Shown here one piece after another: positions 48,075 to 57,976 of a DNA stretch of 61,137 nucleotides. The translations under genes were made by a program, and so were the position numbers. Every line of letters starts with the position of its first letter. The stretch's first letter is position 1. The notes under the pieces were generated by a model. It had not been told where the DNA came from. It made no database searches and saw nothing but the letters and a program-made list of their open reading frames with translations. Source of the stretch: a virus (taxonomy: Duplodnaviria > Caudoviricetes); the IMG/VR virus record IMGVR_UViG_3300035183_000546, positions 1 to 61,137 of that record; one strand, 5' to 3'.

Positions 48075-48697
48075 AAATAGCTTTCACAGGTTCTAGCGGA
48101 GCTGGTAAAACTACGCTAGTAAAGTATGTATCAGCACAATGGGGGTTACCCCATATCTCGGGATCTTCCGGGGATATTTTAACTGCAGAAGACAAGGAAA
48201 TTTTGGGGATGCACAACTTCCCAGGTGGAGGTCATGCAGCTGTGATAAAGTATTCTGCTTTAAATGCCGAATATGGTGTAATAAACCAAAATCTATTACT
48301 CCAACGTAGGACAGAATTGATCGAAAACAATCATACATTTGTGACTGATCGAAGCCCCTTGGATAATCTAGTTTATTTTATAAATCAGGTGGGTTTCCAC
48401 CCTTCAGTAAGTGATCAGACAATAGAAGCTTTTGCTCAAAAAGCTTTAGCTGCTTGGAACAAATTACATGGGGTGATTTATGTTAAACCCGTACAACCAG
48501 GAGAAGTAGAAAAAAATCACAGCAGGGTAGCTAACAAGTTTTATCAGCGTTCCATTGATGCGCAATTCCAGTATTGGTTGGATAATTTCTTTGGGAAAGA
48601 TGGTCCTCGTGTATTAGTTATAGATTGGTGGAATTTACGCGAACGTAAACAGGCTGTAGATGAGCTGTTAAGTACTCTAAAAATTTTACATGGCTAG
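48071..48697 (+). CDS. P-loop nucleotide kinase-like (AAA_28/dNMP kinase)
   Basis: IAFTGSSGAGKTT, VTDRSPLD. Confidence 0.8.
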   Translation: MKIAFTGSSGAGKTTLVKYVSAQWGLPHISGSSGDILTAEDKEILGMHNFPGGGHAAVIKYSALNAEYGVINQNLLLQRRTELIENNHTFVTDRSPLDNLVYFINQVGFHPSVSDQTIEAFAQKALAAWNKLHGVIYVKPVQPGEVEKNHSRVANKFYQRSIDAQFQYWLDNFFGKDGPRVLVIDWWNLRERKQAVDELLSTLKILHG

Positions 48698-48703
48698 TAG
48701 ATT

Positions 48704-48919
48704 ATGGGTGCAGAGATAAGGGTTAAGTATGACCCCAAAGAATTATCCCATAGGTATCTAAAGGATTTAATAGCTAAAGGTTCTATGGTATCAGTTAGTT
48801 TTCGTGGGGGTTATTTCTATAAAGTAATCACAGAGAGTGAATTGAAAAGAGCTGAGCAAAGGGGTTATTTTTACTTAGCTGAGTTATCAGCTAAAGCAGA
48901 CCTATACAGAAAATTATGA
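48704..48919 (+). CDS. hypothetical protein
   Basis: Coupled ORF in the operon. Confidence 0.6.
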   Translation: MGAEIRVKYDPKELSHRYLKDLIAKGSMVSVSFRGGYFYKVITESELKRAEQRGYFYLAELSAKADLYRKL

Positions 48920-49386
48920 GCAAACTACAAAAATTATACGAGATAGCTAAGCATTCTAAGGAAATGCAGATTGCTATAAAGTATGGCGATGAAGTTGTTA
49001 AATTTAATTTACACAAAGAACTAATAACTTCAGAGCAAGCTTTAAGTTTAGATATAAAAAGGCAACCTACTGTATATGCTTTTTTGGGCTTAGTAGAAGT
49101 ATCTTTAAGGAATAAATTAAGCGAAATAGAAGCTAGAGCTAATAGGGTTTATTCTGAAGCTTATTTAGCTCATAAGAAAAAACTCAGCGTTATAACTAAT
49201 AAGCCCTATTCAGATGATGTAGCTAGGCATTCAGCTTCAGTTAATCCTAAGTACTTAAAATTATTAGCTGTGCGTAGAAAGCTTGAAAAGGATCATGGTA
49301 CAGTAAAAGTGTGTTTAAAAGCTTTTGAGCAACGCAAAGATTTAATTCAAACAGCTTCTGCAAATCGCCGAAAAGAATTAAGCTAG
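48916..49386 (+). CDS. UvsY-like recombination mediator
   Basis: Helical protein ending AFEQRKDLIQT.SAN.RKE; next to SSB and RecA. Confidence 0.6.
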   Translation: MSKLQKLYEIAKHSKEMQIAIKYGDEVVKFNLHKELITSEQALSLDIKRQPTVYAFLGLVEVSLRNKLSEIEARANRVYSEAYLAHKKKLSVITNKPYSDDVARHSASVNPKYLKLLAVRRKLEKDHGTVKVCLKAFEQRKDLIQTASANRRKELS

Positions 49387-49422
49387 CTGTGTAAACTTTT
49401 ATAAAATACAAATAAATACATT

Positions 49423-50154
49423 ATGGAAAAATCATCATCTAAGACAAAGCCTAAAAACAAATCTTTAAAAGAAAGGCTAAGAGAAAGGCGAAAAGCCTTA
49501 GCTAAGGGCGAAGGAAATTCTGCATTCTTTTTCCCTAAGGAGGGTACAACTAGGTACCGTATTCTTCCCGTGGATAGCGAACAAGATTTTGCTATTGAGT
49601 TAGTCCATTTTTACTTGGGTCCTGAAATTAAGGGCGTAATTTCTCCGGCTACTTTTGGAGAACCCTGTGCTATAATGGATGCTTACAATAAATTAAAAAA
49701 TTCTAAGCACGAAGATGATAGGGAAAAAGCTAGAGATTTAAAGCCTAAGAAAAAAATAGCTTTACCTGCTATACGGTATATAGATGAGCGGGGAAAACAA
49801 GTGGATAAAGAAGCTGGAGTAAGACTTTTGCTAATCGGTACCAAAGTATATGCTGAGTTACTCGATCTTTACCTGGACGATGAAGCGGGGGATTTTACTG
49901 ATCCAGTAAGCGGTTACGATATTAAGATTAAACGCAGTGGTTCTGGTATGACTGACACTGAGTATAAAGTAATACCCTGTAAACCCACTCCTTTAGCTAA
50001 GGAGTATGCTAAACAGCATTACGATCCAGAAGCTATGCTTAGAGAAGTTATGACTTCTTACGAAGAAACAGTTGATAAGATAGAAGAATTTCTAGGGGGA
50101 TCGCTGGAAGATACTAAAGTAACTAAAAAGAAAAAGAAGAAAAAAGTTTCATGA
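49423..50154 (+). CDS. single-stranded DNA-binding protein (gp32-like)
   Basis: RILP, DFTDP.SGYDIKIKRSG.G..TEY. Confidence 0.75.
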   Translation: MEKSSSKTKPKNKSLKERLRERRKALAKGEGNSAFFFPKEGTTRYRILPVDSEQDFAIELVHFYLGPEIKGVISPATFGEPCAIMDAYNKLKNSKHEDDREKARDLKPKKKIALPAIRYIDERGKQVDKEAGVRLLLIGTKVYAELLDLYLDDEAGDFTDPVSGYDIKIKRSGSGMTDTEYKVIPCKPTPLAKEYAKQHYDPEAMLREVMTSYEETVDKIEEFLGGSLEDTKVTKKKKKKKVS

Positions 50155-51269
50155 GCCGTAAAAGTAGAGTATTAAAAATACTGTCCCCCGCGAAAATAGC
50201 TAAAAAATACCCTACTTCTGGCTTAGCTAGTGATATTGCTGTAGAAGCAGAATCGTGTTTAAGAATACCTACTCGTATAATAGCACTTAACTACCAACTA
50301 AATGGGGGTTTACCTTGGGGTAAAATACTTGAAGAATTTGGTGAAGAATCCACTGGTAAAAGTTTACTAGCCGCAGATTTTGGGTATTGCACTATAGCTT
50401 TAGGTGGCGAAGTTATTTGGGCTGATGCTGAAAATTCTTTTGAAGCTAGCTGGGCTATTAAGAATGGTTTAGATCTGAGTAAAATACACCTGCTAACTCA
50501 AGAAAACTCAATTGAAGTTATATCCGATTGGGTGGCTGACACAGCTGTTTCAATACGCAGTAGATTAGTTAAAAATGAACCAATACTTTTCGTATTAGAT
50601 TCTACTGCGGCTATTGAGACCATCGATAACATAGGCGCTTCACAAGTAGATATGAAAGCGCAGATGGGTAATCGAGCTAAAAAGATTTATGAATTTTTCA
50701 GAATGCGTAGTACTATGTTTAATCACCTGGGCGTAAGTTGCATATTTATCAATCAGCTAAGGCGAAAGATAGGTGTTAGCCAATGGGAAGATCCAGATAC
50801 TACGCCAGGGGGTGCAGCTGCAAGGTTTTACGCACACCAACGGTTAAAATTATCTAGGGGTAAACAGATAAAAGAAAAGATACGAGGAGTAGAAGTAAAA
50901 GTAGGTCAAAATGTATTTTTTAAAACTGCTAAAGATAAAACAGGACCTCCAAGATCAACCACTCAAGGTAGAGTGTATTTTTTAGAAAACAAAAATAGAC
51001 CAGTAGGTTTTGATAGATATTTCATGTTACCCGAATTGCTGGTTATTAAAAATGTTCTAGATCGTAAGAAAGGTAATTCTAGGTATTACTTGGATGGTAA
51101 GATGTTGGCTAACGGGGAAGAAGCTATGCTTAAATTATTAGCAGAAGATGATAAATTACGCCAATTACTGATTAAAAAATCCCGTATAAATACGATTAGT
51201 AGGACTAGAGCTAAGTTAGCCAAAATTTCTGAAAATCTATACAGTATCAATAATTACGAAGAATCATGA
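50151..51269 (+). CDS. recA: RecA/UvsX recombinase
   Basis: GGLPWG, GEESTGKS, DAEN, VLDS, FINQLR, TPGG. Confidence 0.93.
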   Translation: MSRKSRVLKILSPAKIAKKYPTSGLASDIAVEAESCLRIPTRIIALNYQLNGGLPWGKILEEFGEESTGKSLLAADFGYCTIALGGEVIWADAENSFEASWAIKNGLDLSKIHLLTQENSIEVISDWVADTAVSIRSRLVKNEPILFVLDSTAAIETIDNIGASQVDMKAQMGNRAKKIYEFFRMRSTMFNHLGVSCIFINQLRRKIGVSQWEDPDTTPGGAAARFYAHQRLKLSRGKQIKEKIRGVEVKVGQNVFFKTAKDKTGPPRSTTQGRVYFLENKNRPVGFDRYFMLPELLVIKNVLDRKKGNSRYYLDGKMLANGEEAMLKLLAEDDKLRQLLIKKSRINTISRTRAKLAKISENLYSINNYEES

Positions 51270-51541
51270 ACTCCAAAGAAATAAGACCTACTTACGCGAC
51301 CCTAAGAAAAAATTTTACTGAGGCAGTTAGGAAAGTAATCCCTTCTGGTTTTACTCATTTAGTAATAACTTACGGGTGTAAAAATTGCTTACACGTAACA
51401 GTTTATCTTACAAAGTTTAAAGTAATATGTCTGTTATTTAGTTCTGCTAGGGCTAAGCAAAACGCATTCAATGCTATACTTAAAAGCTTAAGACAAGCAG
51501 CTCCACCATTTTATAGTGTTTACTTATACATTAGTTTTTAA
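51266..51541 (+). CDS. hypothetical protein
   Basis: Coupled ORF. Confidence 0.55.
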   Translation: MNSKEIRPTYATLRKNFTEAVRKVIPSGFTHLVITYGCKNCLHVTVYLTKFKVICLLFSSARAKQNAFNAILKSLRQAAPPFYSVYLYISF

Positions 51542-52440
51542 TGGCTAAAAAAATACTTTTAATAGATGGCTCTAATACCGCGTATAGAGCTTTTTATGCT
51601 TTTAACAAGCTTACTAATGAAGGTAAACCTGTATCTATAATTTATGGTATGCCCAATATAGTGGGTAATTTACTTAATAAGCTTGGGCCCGATAAAACTA
51701 TTATAGTTTGGGATGGTAGGAAATCTCGCTTACGCATGAATTTATACCCCGGCTATAAGGCTAGTCGTAAAAAATTAGAACCCGAGGTAAGATTAAACAT
51801 GATAGAACAATTAAATGTTGTAAGGCTATTTTTCAGGGCCTTGGGTATAAAACAGTATCATCATATAGAACTTGAAGCTGATGATCTGATTTTTTACTTA
51901 GCTCGTAAATTTTTGAAGAAAGGGTATAAAGTAACCATAGTATCCAACGATAAAGATTTTCATCAGCTATTGGGTCCAGGATTAAAAATTTATAACACAT
52001 ACCTGGAAAAATTAATACATACCGGGAACTTAAAAAAACTGTTTGGATATAGTCCTCAAAATGCCTTGGATTATTTATGTCTGGGTGGGGATAAAAGTGA
52101 TAATATAGCTAAAGTTAGGGGGTTTGGGGAAAAAACTTTACAGGAATTTTTTAATAGGTATTCTAGTTTTGATGCTTTTTTGAAATCAGGGGAAACATTT
52201 AAGAAAGTAGATACTAAATTACTAGCAAATACCTATAGGTTAAATTTTAAGCTAATAAGTTTAAACTACCATTATAGGAAAGAACTAAAGCCGCGTCTGG
52301 CCCAAAAAACCCTACAATTAAAACCCCTGTTTAAAGTGGCTATAAATAAGAAAGAGTTAGCTAAGCTATGTAAAATATACGGAATCCGTACATTTATGAC
52401 ATCTAAGTTTTTAGCTCCTTATTATCGTAATGCTACGTAA
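51541..52440 (+). CDS. 5'-3' exonuclease / flap endonuclease
   Basis: LIDGSN.AYR, YKASR, EADD, SNDKDF, GDKSDN..V.GFGEKT. Confidence 0.93.
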   Translation: MAKKILLIDGSNTAYRAFYAFNKLTNEGKPVSIIYGMPNIVGNLLNKLGPDKTIIVWDGRKSRLRMNLYPGYKASRKKLEPEVRLNMIEQLNVVRLFFRALGIKQYHHIELEADDLIFYLARKFLKKGYKVTIVSNDKDFHQLLGPGLKIYNTYLEKLIHTGNLKKLFGYSPQNALDYLCLGGDKSDNIAKVRGFGEKTLQEFFNRYSSFDAFLKSGETFKKVDTKLLANTYRLNFKLISLNYHYRKELKPRLAQKTLQLKPLFKVAINKKELAKLCKIYGIRTFMTSKFLAPYYRNAT

Positions 52441-52933
52441 AGCTATTTTTAGCCAGGATGGTAAGCATCGACTACTGTTAATCCGCAAGTGGAAAAGTAA
52501 AGGTAAAGTAGGGTGTTGGATTATGCTTAACCCATCTAAAGCAGATAATGTAAGAGATGATAATACTGTAAGGTGGTTAATTAAATTCAGTAAAGCACAT
52601 GGCTATCGTAAATTCTATGTGCTGAATCTCTTCACGTATATTACGTCTGAACCCAAAGTGTTGGAAGTATTAAAAGAAGCTAAAGCTAATAAAGCTTTAA
52701 ACTATAAATTAATTTCGAAATACGCTCTAAAAGCTGATGTAGTTATATGTGGCTGGGGTACTTGGGGATTTATTGATCGCCAAGGAAATACTGTTAAAAA
52801 TTTACTTAAGAGTATGAAAATTAAAGCTTACTGTTTGGGTTTAAGTGAGGGTGGCCATCCTTTTCACCCTATGTTTGTTGCCCGTAAAGGTGATAGTTTT
52901 ATAAACCAAATAAAATTACAACGGTATGTGTAA
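52430..52933 (+). CDS. DUF1643 family protein
   Basis: IMLNPSKAD...DDNT, NLF, CGWG, CLG...GHPFHP. Confidence 0.85.
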   Translation: MLRKAIFSQDGKHRLLLIRKWKSKGKVGCWIMLNPSKADNVRDDNTVRWLIKFSKAHGYRKFYVLNLFTYITSEPKVLEVLKEAKANKALNYKLISKYALKADVVICGWGTWGFIDRQGNTVKNLLKSMKIKAYCLGLSEGGHPFHPMFVARKGDSFINQIKLQRYV

Positions 52934-53924
52934 ATCTAAAGTTTTAGCTATAGCTATAGCAGATTTACATTTGCATGACTGGGTTGATTTTTCAGTAGAT
53001 CACTCTAGATTAAAGCAAATAGCTAAATTAGTTAAAAGCTTAATAGAAAAGTGTAAATCTAAAAAAGTACCCTTAATAGTAGCAGGGGATTTTTTCCATA
53101 ATCCTCATAACCTTAGTAATATAGTTTTAGAAGAGTTTGCTAACATCTTAGCTTATGCTAAAAAGCTAAAAGTAAAGATAATAGCTATATCGGGTAATCA
53201 TGATATGGCTTATAAGAATACGCTAACTCATAAAAGCTGTAGTTACATTAATACATTCAGTATCTTATTGGAAAATACCTTTAAATGCGTAGATGATCGA
53301 CCGTTTATTACTTCAGAGTTATTAATCCAGGGTATACCTTATTTAGATAATAATCAAGGTTTTAGTGAATTATTAGAAAAGCGTATAGCCTTAGCTAAAA
53401 AAGCTATTTATAAGGATAAACTAAAAGTATTAATACTCCATACGGATCTACCAAAAGTTAAAAATGCTTTTGGGCATGAATTGAATAGCTTTGGTAAATT
53501 ACCACATAAGTTAAAGCTAAAACTTAAAAATTTTGACCACGTTATAGTGGGCCATATACATGTACCACAAAAAGTGTTCAAAAATACTACAATGCTTGGC
53601 GCACCCTATCAGCAAACTTGGGGGGATTCGGGAGTAATTTGTAACTATTGGGAAATTTACGGGGATAAACTTGTAAGTATAACTATTGATGATATGCCTA
53701 AATTTTTAGTGGGAGAGCCTAAGGATAGTGGGGACCTAAATTTTTATAGACCCCCAGAAAAACCAAGCCTAACTGAATTTCCTGAAGTAAAGACTTTAAG
53801 CTTTGACAAAAAGCTAGGGTTAAGGAAATTAGCTAAAAATTATACTAAAGCTAATAAACTATCAGCATCACAAGCTAAAATTCTTTTAAAATTTATCGAA
53901 AATGAGTTACCCCATAGTGTTTAA
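52926..53924 (+). CDS. sbcD: SbcD/Mre11-like nuclease
   Basis: DLH, GDFF, GNHD, GHIH metallophosphoesterase motifs. Confidence 0.9.
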   Translation: MCKSKVLAIAIADLHLHDWVDFSVDHSRLKQIAKLVKSLIEKCKSKKVPLIVAGDFFHNPHNLSNIVLEEFANILAYAKKLKVKIIAISGNHDMAYKNTLTHKSCSYINTFSILLENTFKCVDDRPFITSELLIQGIPYLDNNQGFSELLEKRIALAKKAIYKDKLKVLILHTDLPKVKNAFGHELNSFGKLPHKLKLKLKNFDHVIVGHIHVPQKVFKNTTMLGAPYQQTWGDSGVICNYWEIYGDKLVSITIDDMPKFLVGEPKDSGDLNFYRPPEKPSLTEFPEVKTLSFDKKLGLRKLAKNYTKANKLSASQAKILLKFIENELPHSV

Positions 53925-55785
53925 GAGATTAAGCGTACAGGGCTTCGGGAATATCGGCTCAATAGAGTTAAATCTAGATAATCCGGGTTTAAATGTCGTA
54001 GTAGCACGTAATGGTACTGGGAAAACTACATTGTTTTCAGCTTGGTTTTGGTGTATAACAGGTTACACGTTGAAACCCAATAGTAAAGTTACGCCTTGGG
54101 AACCTGTTAGGGGTCCAAATTACAAAGGAACACGTGTAAAGTTAGAATTTCAGGTGGGGAATGAGATGTATATATTAGTTAGGCATGCTAACTATATGGG
54201 TAATACCTTCGGAGTAAAAGGTCGTAATAGCTTAAGGCTTTTTAGGGGTCTTAAGAAAACAGAAGTTAAGTATAAATACAAAAGTGAGCTTCAAAAGTAT
54301 ATATATCAGCTATTAGCTACTTCAGAGGAGTTACTTAAAAATACAATTGTTTTCGGGCAAAAGTTAAAAAGATTCATAGAACAAAATTCGGCAGATCAAA
54401 AACAATTACTTGAAGAAGCTTTTGAAATAAGCTATTTGAGGAATGCAAAAGAATACCTCGATAAACAAATAAATTCTTTAAGCATAGAAGAAAATCTTAG
54501 CCTAAAGAATTTACAAGCTTTAGTAGATAAGGCTAAATTAGAAAAGCAATTATATTTATCTACTAAACAAAGTTACCGTAAAGAGCTTGAAAATTATCAT
54601 AATACCAAGAAAAGCTTAATTAAGGATATAGGTGATTTAAAAGCTAAACTTCAACAACTTCCCAATGTTAAAAAAGATATAGCTAACCATTACAAAGCTA
54701 TAGAGCATACTAACAAACTTATTCAGCGCATAGAAAGTAAGTTACGTTTACTTAAAGATGTTTCGGATAAAGATTTTAAATTTAGCTTGGAAATTATAGG
54801 GAATAAAGGTACTATTGATAGTTTACTTGCAGATCGTAAAGTATTACTTAAAGAATACAAAACTAAAACTATATGCCCAAGTTGTAATAGGCCTTTGGAT
54901 AAAACCTCTAGATTGGCTTTTAAAGCAGAACTTAAGAAAAGTTTAGAGGATCTAAAAATAAAGCTTAAGGATTTACAAATAAAGAATAGAGCTTTAGAGA
55001 CATTTAGGAAAAACGTAGCGGGTAAAGTAGCTAAACAAGAAAAATTACAGGCTAAGTTAGCGAGTTTTAGATCTAGGCTAACACTATATAGTTTAAAAAT
55101 CCAGGATTTAAGCAAAAGCTTAGAAGCTAGTAATATAACTTTTGGAGAACTGAAAAGTAAAGAAAAACAATTAGCGAGTTTACTAAAACCTAAAAAACCT
55201 TCTGATTTACTAAAGTTAAAAGAAAACTATAAACTATCTAAAGCTAAAAGCCTTGAAGCTAAAGCTAGTTTAAATAAAATAAAGCAAAAACTCGAAGAAT
55301 ACAAGTGGTTAGCTACAGTACCTTTTTCTAATTCTGGTATTAAAGCTTTTATCTTTAACCACATGCTTAAAGAGGTAAATAGGGTTTTGGAAAGTTATGC
55401 TAGTATAGTAGGTTTTAGAATAGAGTTTAGTATAGCATTAGATAAATACCATAAGAATTTAGAATGCCATATAACTAAAGGGGGTGTAGTAGTAAATTAT
55501 GCTGAATTGTCAGGGGGAGAGAAACAATTAGTGGATATTTATACAGCTTTTGCTACGCATGAAGTAGTAACTTTAGTTAAAAATCCCTCTAACCTTATGA
55601 TTTTAGATGAAATCTTTGAAAGCTTAGATAGTAGTAATGCAGAAAAAACTATGCAGTTTATCCTTGCTAAGGCTACTACAAAAACTATATTTTTAATCAC
55701 TCATAATCTAAATTTTATACCCACCGGGGCTAAGTATTTAAGGCTATATAAGAATAAACTGGGGCAAGCTAGATTGGAGGTTTAA
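53902..55785 (+). CDS. sbcC: SbcC/Rad50-like ATPase
   Basis: NGTGKTT, CPSC zinc hook, LSGGE, ILDE, ITH, long coiled coil. Confidence 0.92.
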   Translation: MSYPIVFKRLSVQGFGNIGSIELNLDNPGLNVVVARNGTGKTTLFSAWFWCITGYTLKPNSKVTPWEPVRGPNYKGTRVKLEFQVGNEMYILVRHANYMGNTFGVKGRNSLRLFRGLKKTEVKYKYKSELQKYIYQLLATSEELLKNTIVFGQKLKRFIEQNSADQKQLLEEAFEISYLRNAKEYLDKQINSLSIEENLSLKNLQALVDKAKLEKQLYLSTKQSYRKELENYHNTKKSLIKDIGDLKAKLQQLPNVKKDIANHYKAIEHTNKLIQRIESKLRLLKDVSDKDFKFSLEIIGNKGTIDSLLADRKVLLKEYKTKTICPSCNRPLDKTSRLAFKAELKKSLEDLKIKLKDLQIKNRALETFRKNVAGKVAKQEKLQAKLASFRSRLTLYSLKIQDLSKSLEASNITFGELKSKEKQLASLLKPKKPSDLLKLKENYKLSKAKSLEAKASLNKIKQKLEEYKWLATVPFSNSGIKAFIFNHMLKEVNRVLESYASIVGFRIEFSIALDKYHKNLECHITKGGVVVNYAELSGGEKQLVDIYTAFATHEVVTLVKNPSNLMILDEIFESLDSSNAEKTMQFILAKATTKTIFLITHNLNFIPTGAKYLRLYKNKLGQARLEV

Positions 55786-55823
55786 TACTAGTATTGAATA
55801 CTATTAGGGTAAAATCTTTATGT

Positions 55824-56357
55824 ATGAACCAGAGACGTAAGGGTAAAAGAGGCGAAAGGTTAGCGTGCCAGTGGCTTAGATCTTGGACGGGTATGGAATT
55901 TACTTCTGTCCCTTCTTCTGGTGGTTTACGTTGGAAAAAAACAGAAAATATAACTGGAGATGTAGTATGTACGCATAAAGATCACCATTTCCCATTCAGC
56001 GTAGAAGTAAAATTTCATAGGAGTTTAGATTTGGAAAAGATGATCCGTAATAATGTAAAATGTACTGTAAGGGATGAGTTTTGGAAGCAGTGCTTACAAG
56101 ATAGCCAACGTAATAAGCGTATACCTATGTTGCTTATGCGCTATAATGGTTTACCCCGTAATTTCTTCTATGTACTTATGCGCTATGGTGACGCAAAACT
56201 ATTTAAAGTATTAAGCCCAGAGTTTCGTAAGAATTATTTAAAGTCAGGTAGCTTAATTATTACGCATACTGAATTTTTACAGTCTTTAGATTATAGGGTA
56301 GTAGAACAAAAATTAATAGCTAAACTTATAAGTGAATATGGCGAAGAAACTCAGTAA
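55824..56357 (+). CDS. Holliday junction resolvase (PD-(D/E)XK)
   Basis: KGKRGER, PSSGG, GDV, VEVK; ATG at 55824 preferred over TTG 55794. Confidence 0.82.
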   Translation: MNQRRKGKRGERLACQWLRSWTGMEFTSVPSSGGLRWKKTENITGDVVCTHKDHHFPFSVEVKFHRSLDLEKMIRNNVKCTVRDEFWKQCLQDSQRNKRIPMLLMRYNGLPRNFFYVLMRYGDAKLFKVLSPEFRKNYLKSGSLIITHTEFLQSLDYRVVEQKLIAKLISEYGEETQ

Positions 56358-57066
56358 ATATGTGTGGCTAGTCATAAATATAAATACTGAGTATTTTAAA
56401 TCTATTAAGAAAGACTTAGCTAAGTACCCCGAATTTAAGGGCATAAGCGTATTTGTACCTACTGTAAAGATTATAAAGAAACAAGTTAAAAACAAGATAA
56501 AATACGAGCGTATACCTTTACTATTCAATTATGGTTTTTTACGAGTTATGCGCACTAAGCTAAACTTAGAACTAACTAAACAACTCCAGGCAAAAATTCC
56601 AGGCATCTATTCTTTTATGCGTAACTCAGCTAGGTCTACTTATAAGCCCCCAGAGTTTAATACTCAGAAACATACTGTAAAAATAACGCATGAAATGCCA
56701 TTAGCTTTTACTTCTAAGTTAGAAGTAAATCGCATGAAAGTTACAGCTAAAAAATTGGGTATTTACTCTAAAGCTGAAATTGATAAACTACAACCCGGGG
56801 AACGAATAACTTTAAAAGGTTACCCCTTCGATGGGTTAACTGCTACAGTAGTATCAGTTAATAAGCCACGAAAAAAATTGAAAGTAGAAATCATCACTCA
56901 ACAATTTAGCCGTATAGTAGAAATAAGTTTTGATAATACCCTGTACAGTATTTACCATCAAAATTATGATCCTCTCAAGAAGGGTAAAGAGAAAAGCTTA
57001 GAGGATATAGCTTACCATACTAGAAACAACAGCGATAAAGTCATGTTTTATGGCCAAGCTCACTAA
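56338..57066 (+). CDS. NusG-family transcription elongation/antitermination factor
   Basis: NGN domain (WLVI...VFVPT...PLLFNYGFL) and KOW (PGERITLKGYPFDGLTATVVSV). Confidence 0.82.
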   Translation: MAKKLSKYVWLVININTEYFKSIKKDLAKYPEFKGISVFVPTVKIIKKQVKNKIKYERIPLLFNYGFLRVMRTKLNLELTKQLQAKIPGIYSFMRNSARSTYKPPEFNTQKHTVKITHEMPLAFTSKLEVNRMKVTAKKLGIYSKAEIDKLQPGERITLKGYPFDGLTATVVSVNKPRKKLKVEIITQQFSRIVEISFDNTLYSIYHQNYDPLKKGKEKSLEDIAYHTRNNSDKVMFYGQAH

Positions 57067-57976
57067 AATGCCCGGTTGGGCTATACTTACTGAAGATGAA
57101 AAAGTAGCTTTAAGTTTAGCTTTTGCTCACGATAAAAGTAGTTGGGAAGCTGGGGAAATCATGAAAAAGCCCCATTACAAATACCTAGAAATAAAAGCTA
57201 GAGCTGCGCATTTCTTAAAAATTTTTACAGAGTATTTCAGGTTGTATCCTTCCTTAATACCCGATAAGCTAAATACTAGTGAAAGCTTCAAGGATTACAT
57301 AAGGTTAACTGTGGGTAAACGCATGAAAGTTCGTGAGGCAGTGGCTTTAATAGGTAACCCCGACTATGTTAAAACAAATACGAGGAATGAATCGCTACTA
57401 AAAGATTTTAAATTGCTTGAAAAATCTAATGCTAAGCAAAATGTAGATTTTTTTAGGCTTTTAGTAGAATTTGATAAGTGGAACAATTTTAGGATTTTAC
57501 CCCCTGGAGCTCAAGAGCCTACTGCTTTCAAGCGTAGGAATAAGCATAAGAATAAGAAATTACTTAAAGCTTATTTCAACTTAGATAGTTTGGTTATGGA
57601 AAAAATACAGGAGCTAGCTAAGAAACAGAGTAAAGACCCAAAGCTATTTTTACCTCTAATAGATAAATCAAAACCTACTAAACCCGTAATGATAATCCCT
57701 ATAACTGTGGGCTCCGTAGAGATGTTAAGCGAGTTAAATCTTTTCATATTTAAAGATGAAATCATAGCAGCTAAGTATGGCTCATTAGTTTGGGAATATA
57801 TGACTAAACAATTTAAACATTGCAGGGATGGTCAAGTATTCTGGCCTCAATATAGGCAAATAATAAAACATGCTGTAAATTATCATACTATCCAACACAT
57901 AAACATCTACAAACAACGCAACATTATAACTAAAGATTTTGGTAAGCGTGATAACTTATACTATGTTAAAGTATAA
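57050..57976 (+). CDS. hypothetical protein with N-terminal sigma70 region-4-like HTH
   Basis: LTEDEKVAL.L...KSSWEAGEIM...YLEIKARA. Confidence 0.6.
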   Translation: MAKLTKMPGWAILTEDEKVALSLAFAHDKSSWEAGEIMKKPHYKYLEIKARAAHFLKIFTEYFRLYPSLIPDKLNTSESFKDYIRLTVGKRMKVREAVALIGNPDYVKTNTRNESLLKDFKLLEKSNAKQNVDFFRLLVEFDKWNNFRILPPGAQEPTAFKRRNKHKNKKLLKAYFNLDSLVMEKIQELAKKQSKDPKLFLPLIDKSKPTKPVMIIPITVGSVEMLSELNLFIFKDEIIAAKYGSLVWEYMTKQFKHCRDGQVFWPQYRQIIKHAVNYHTIQHINIYKQRNIITKDFGKRDNLYYVKV

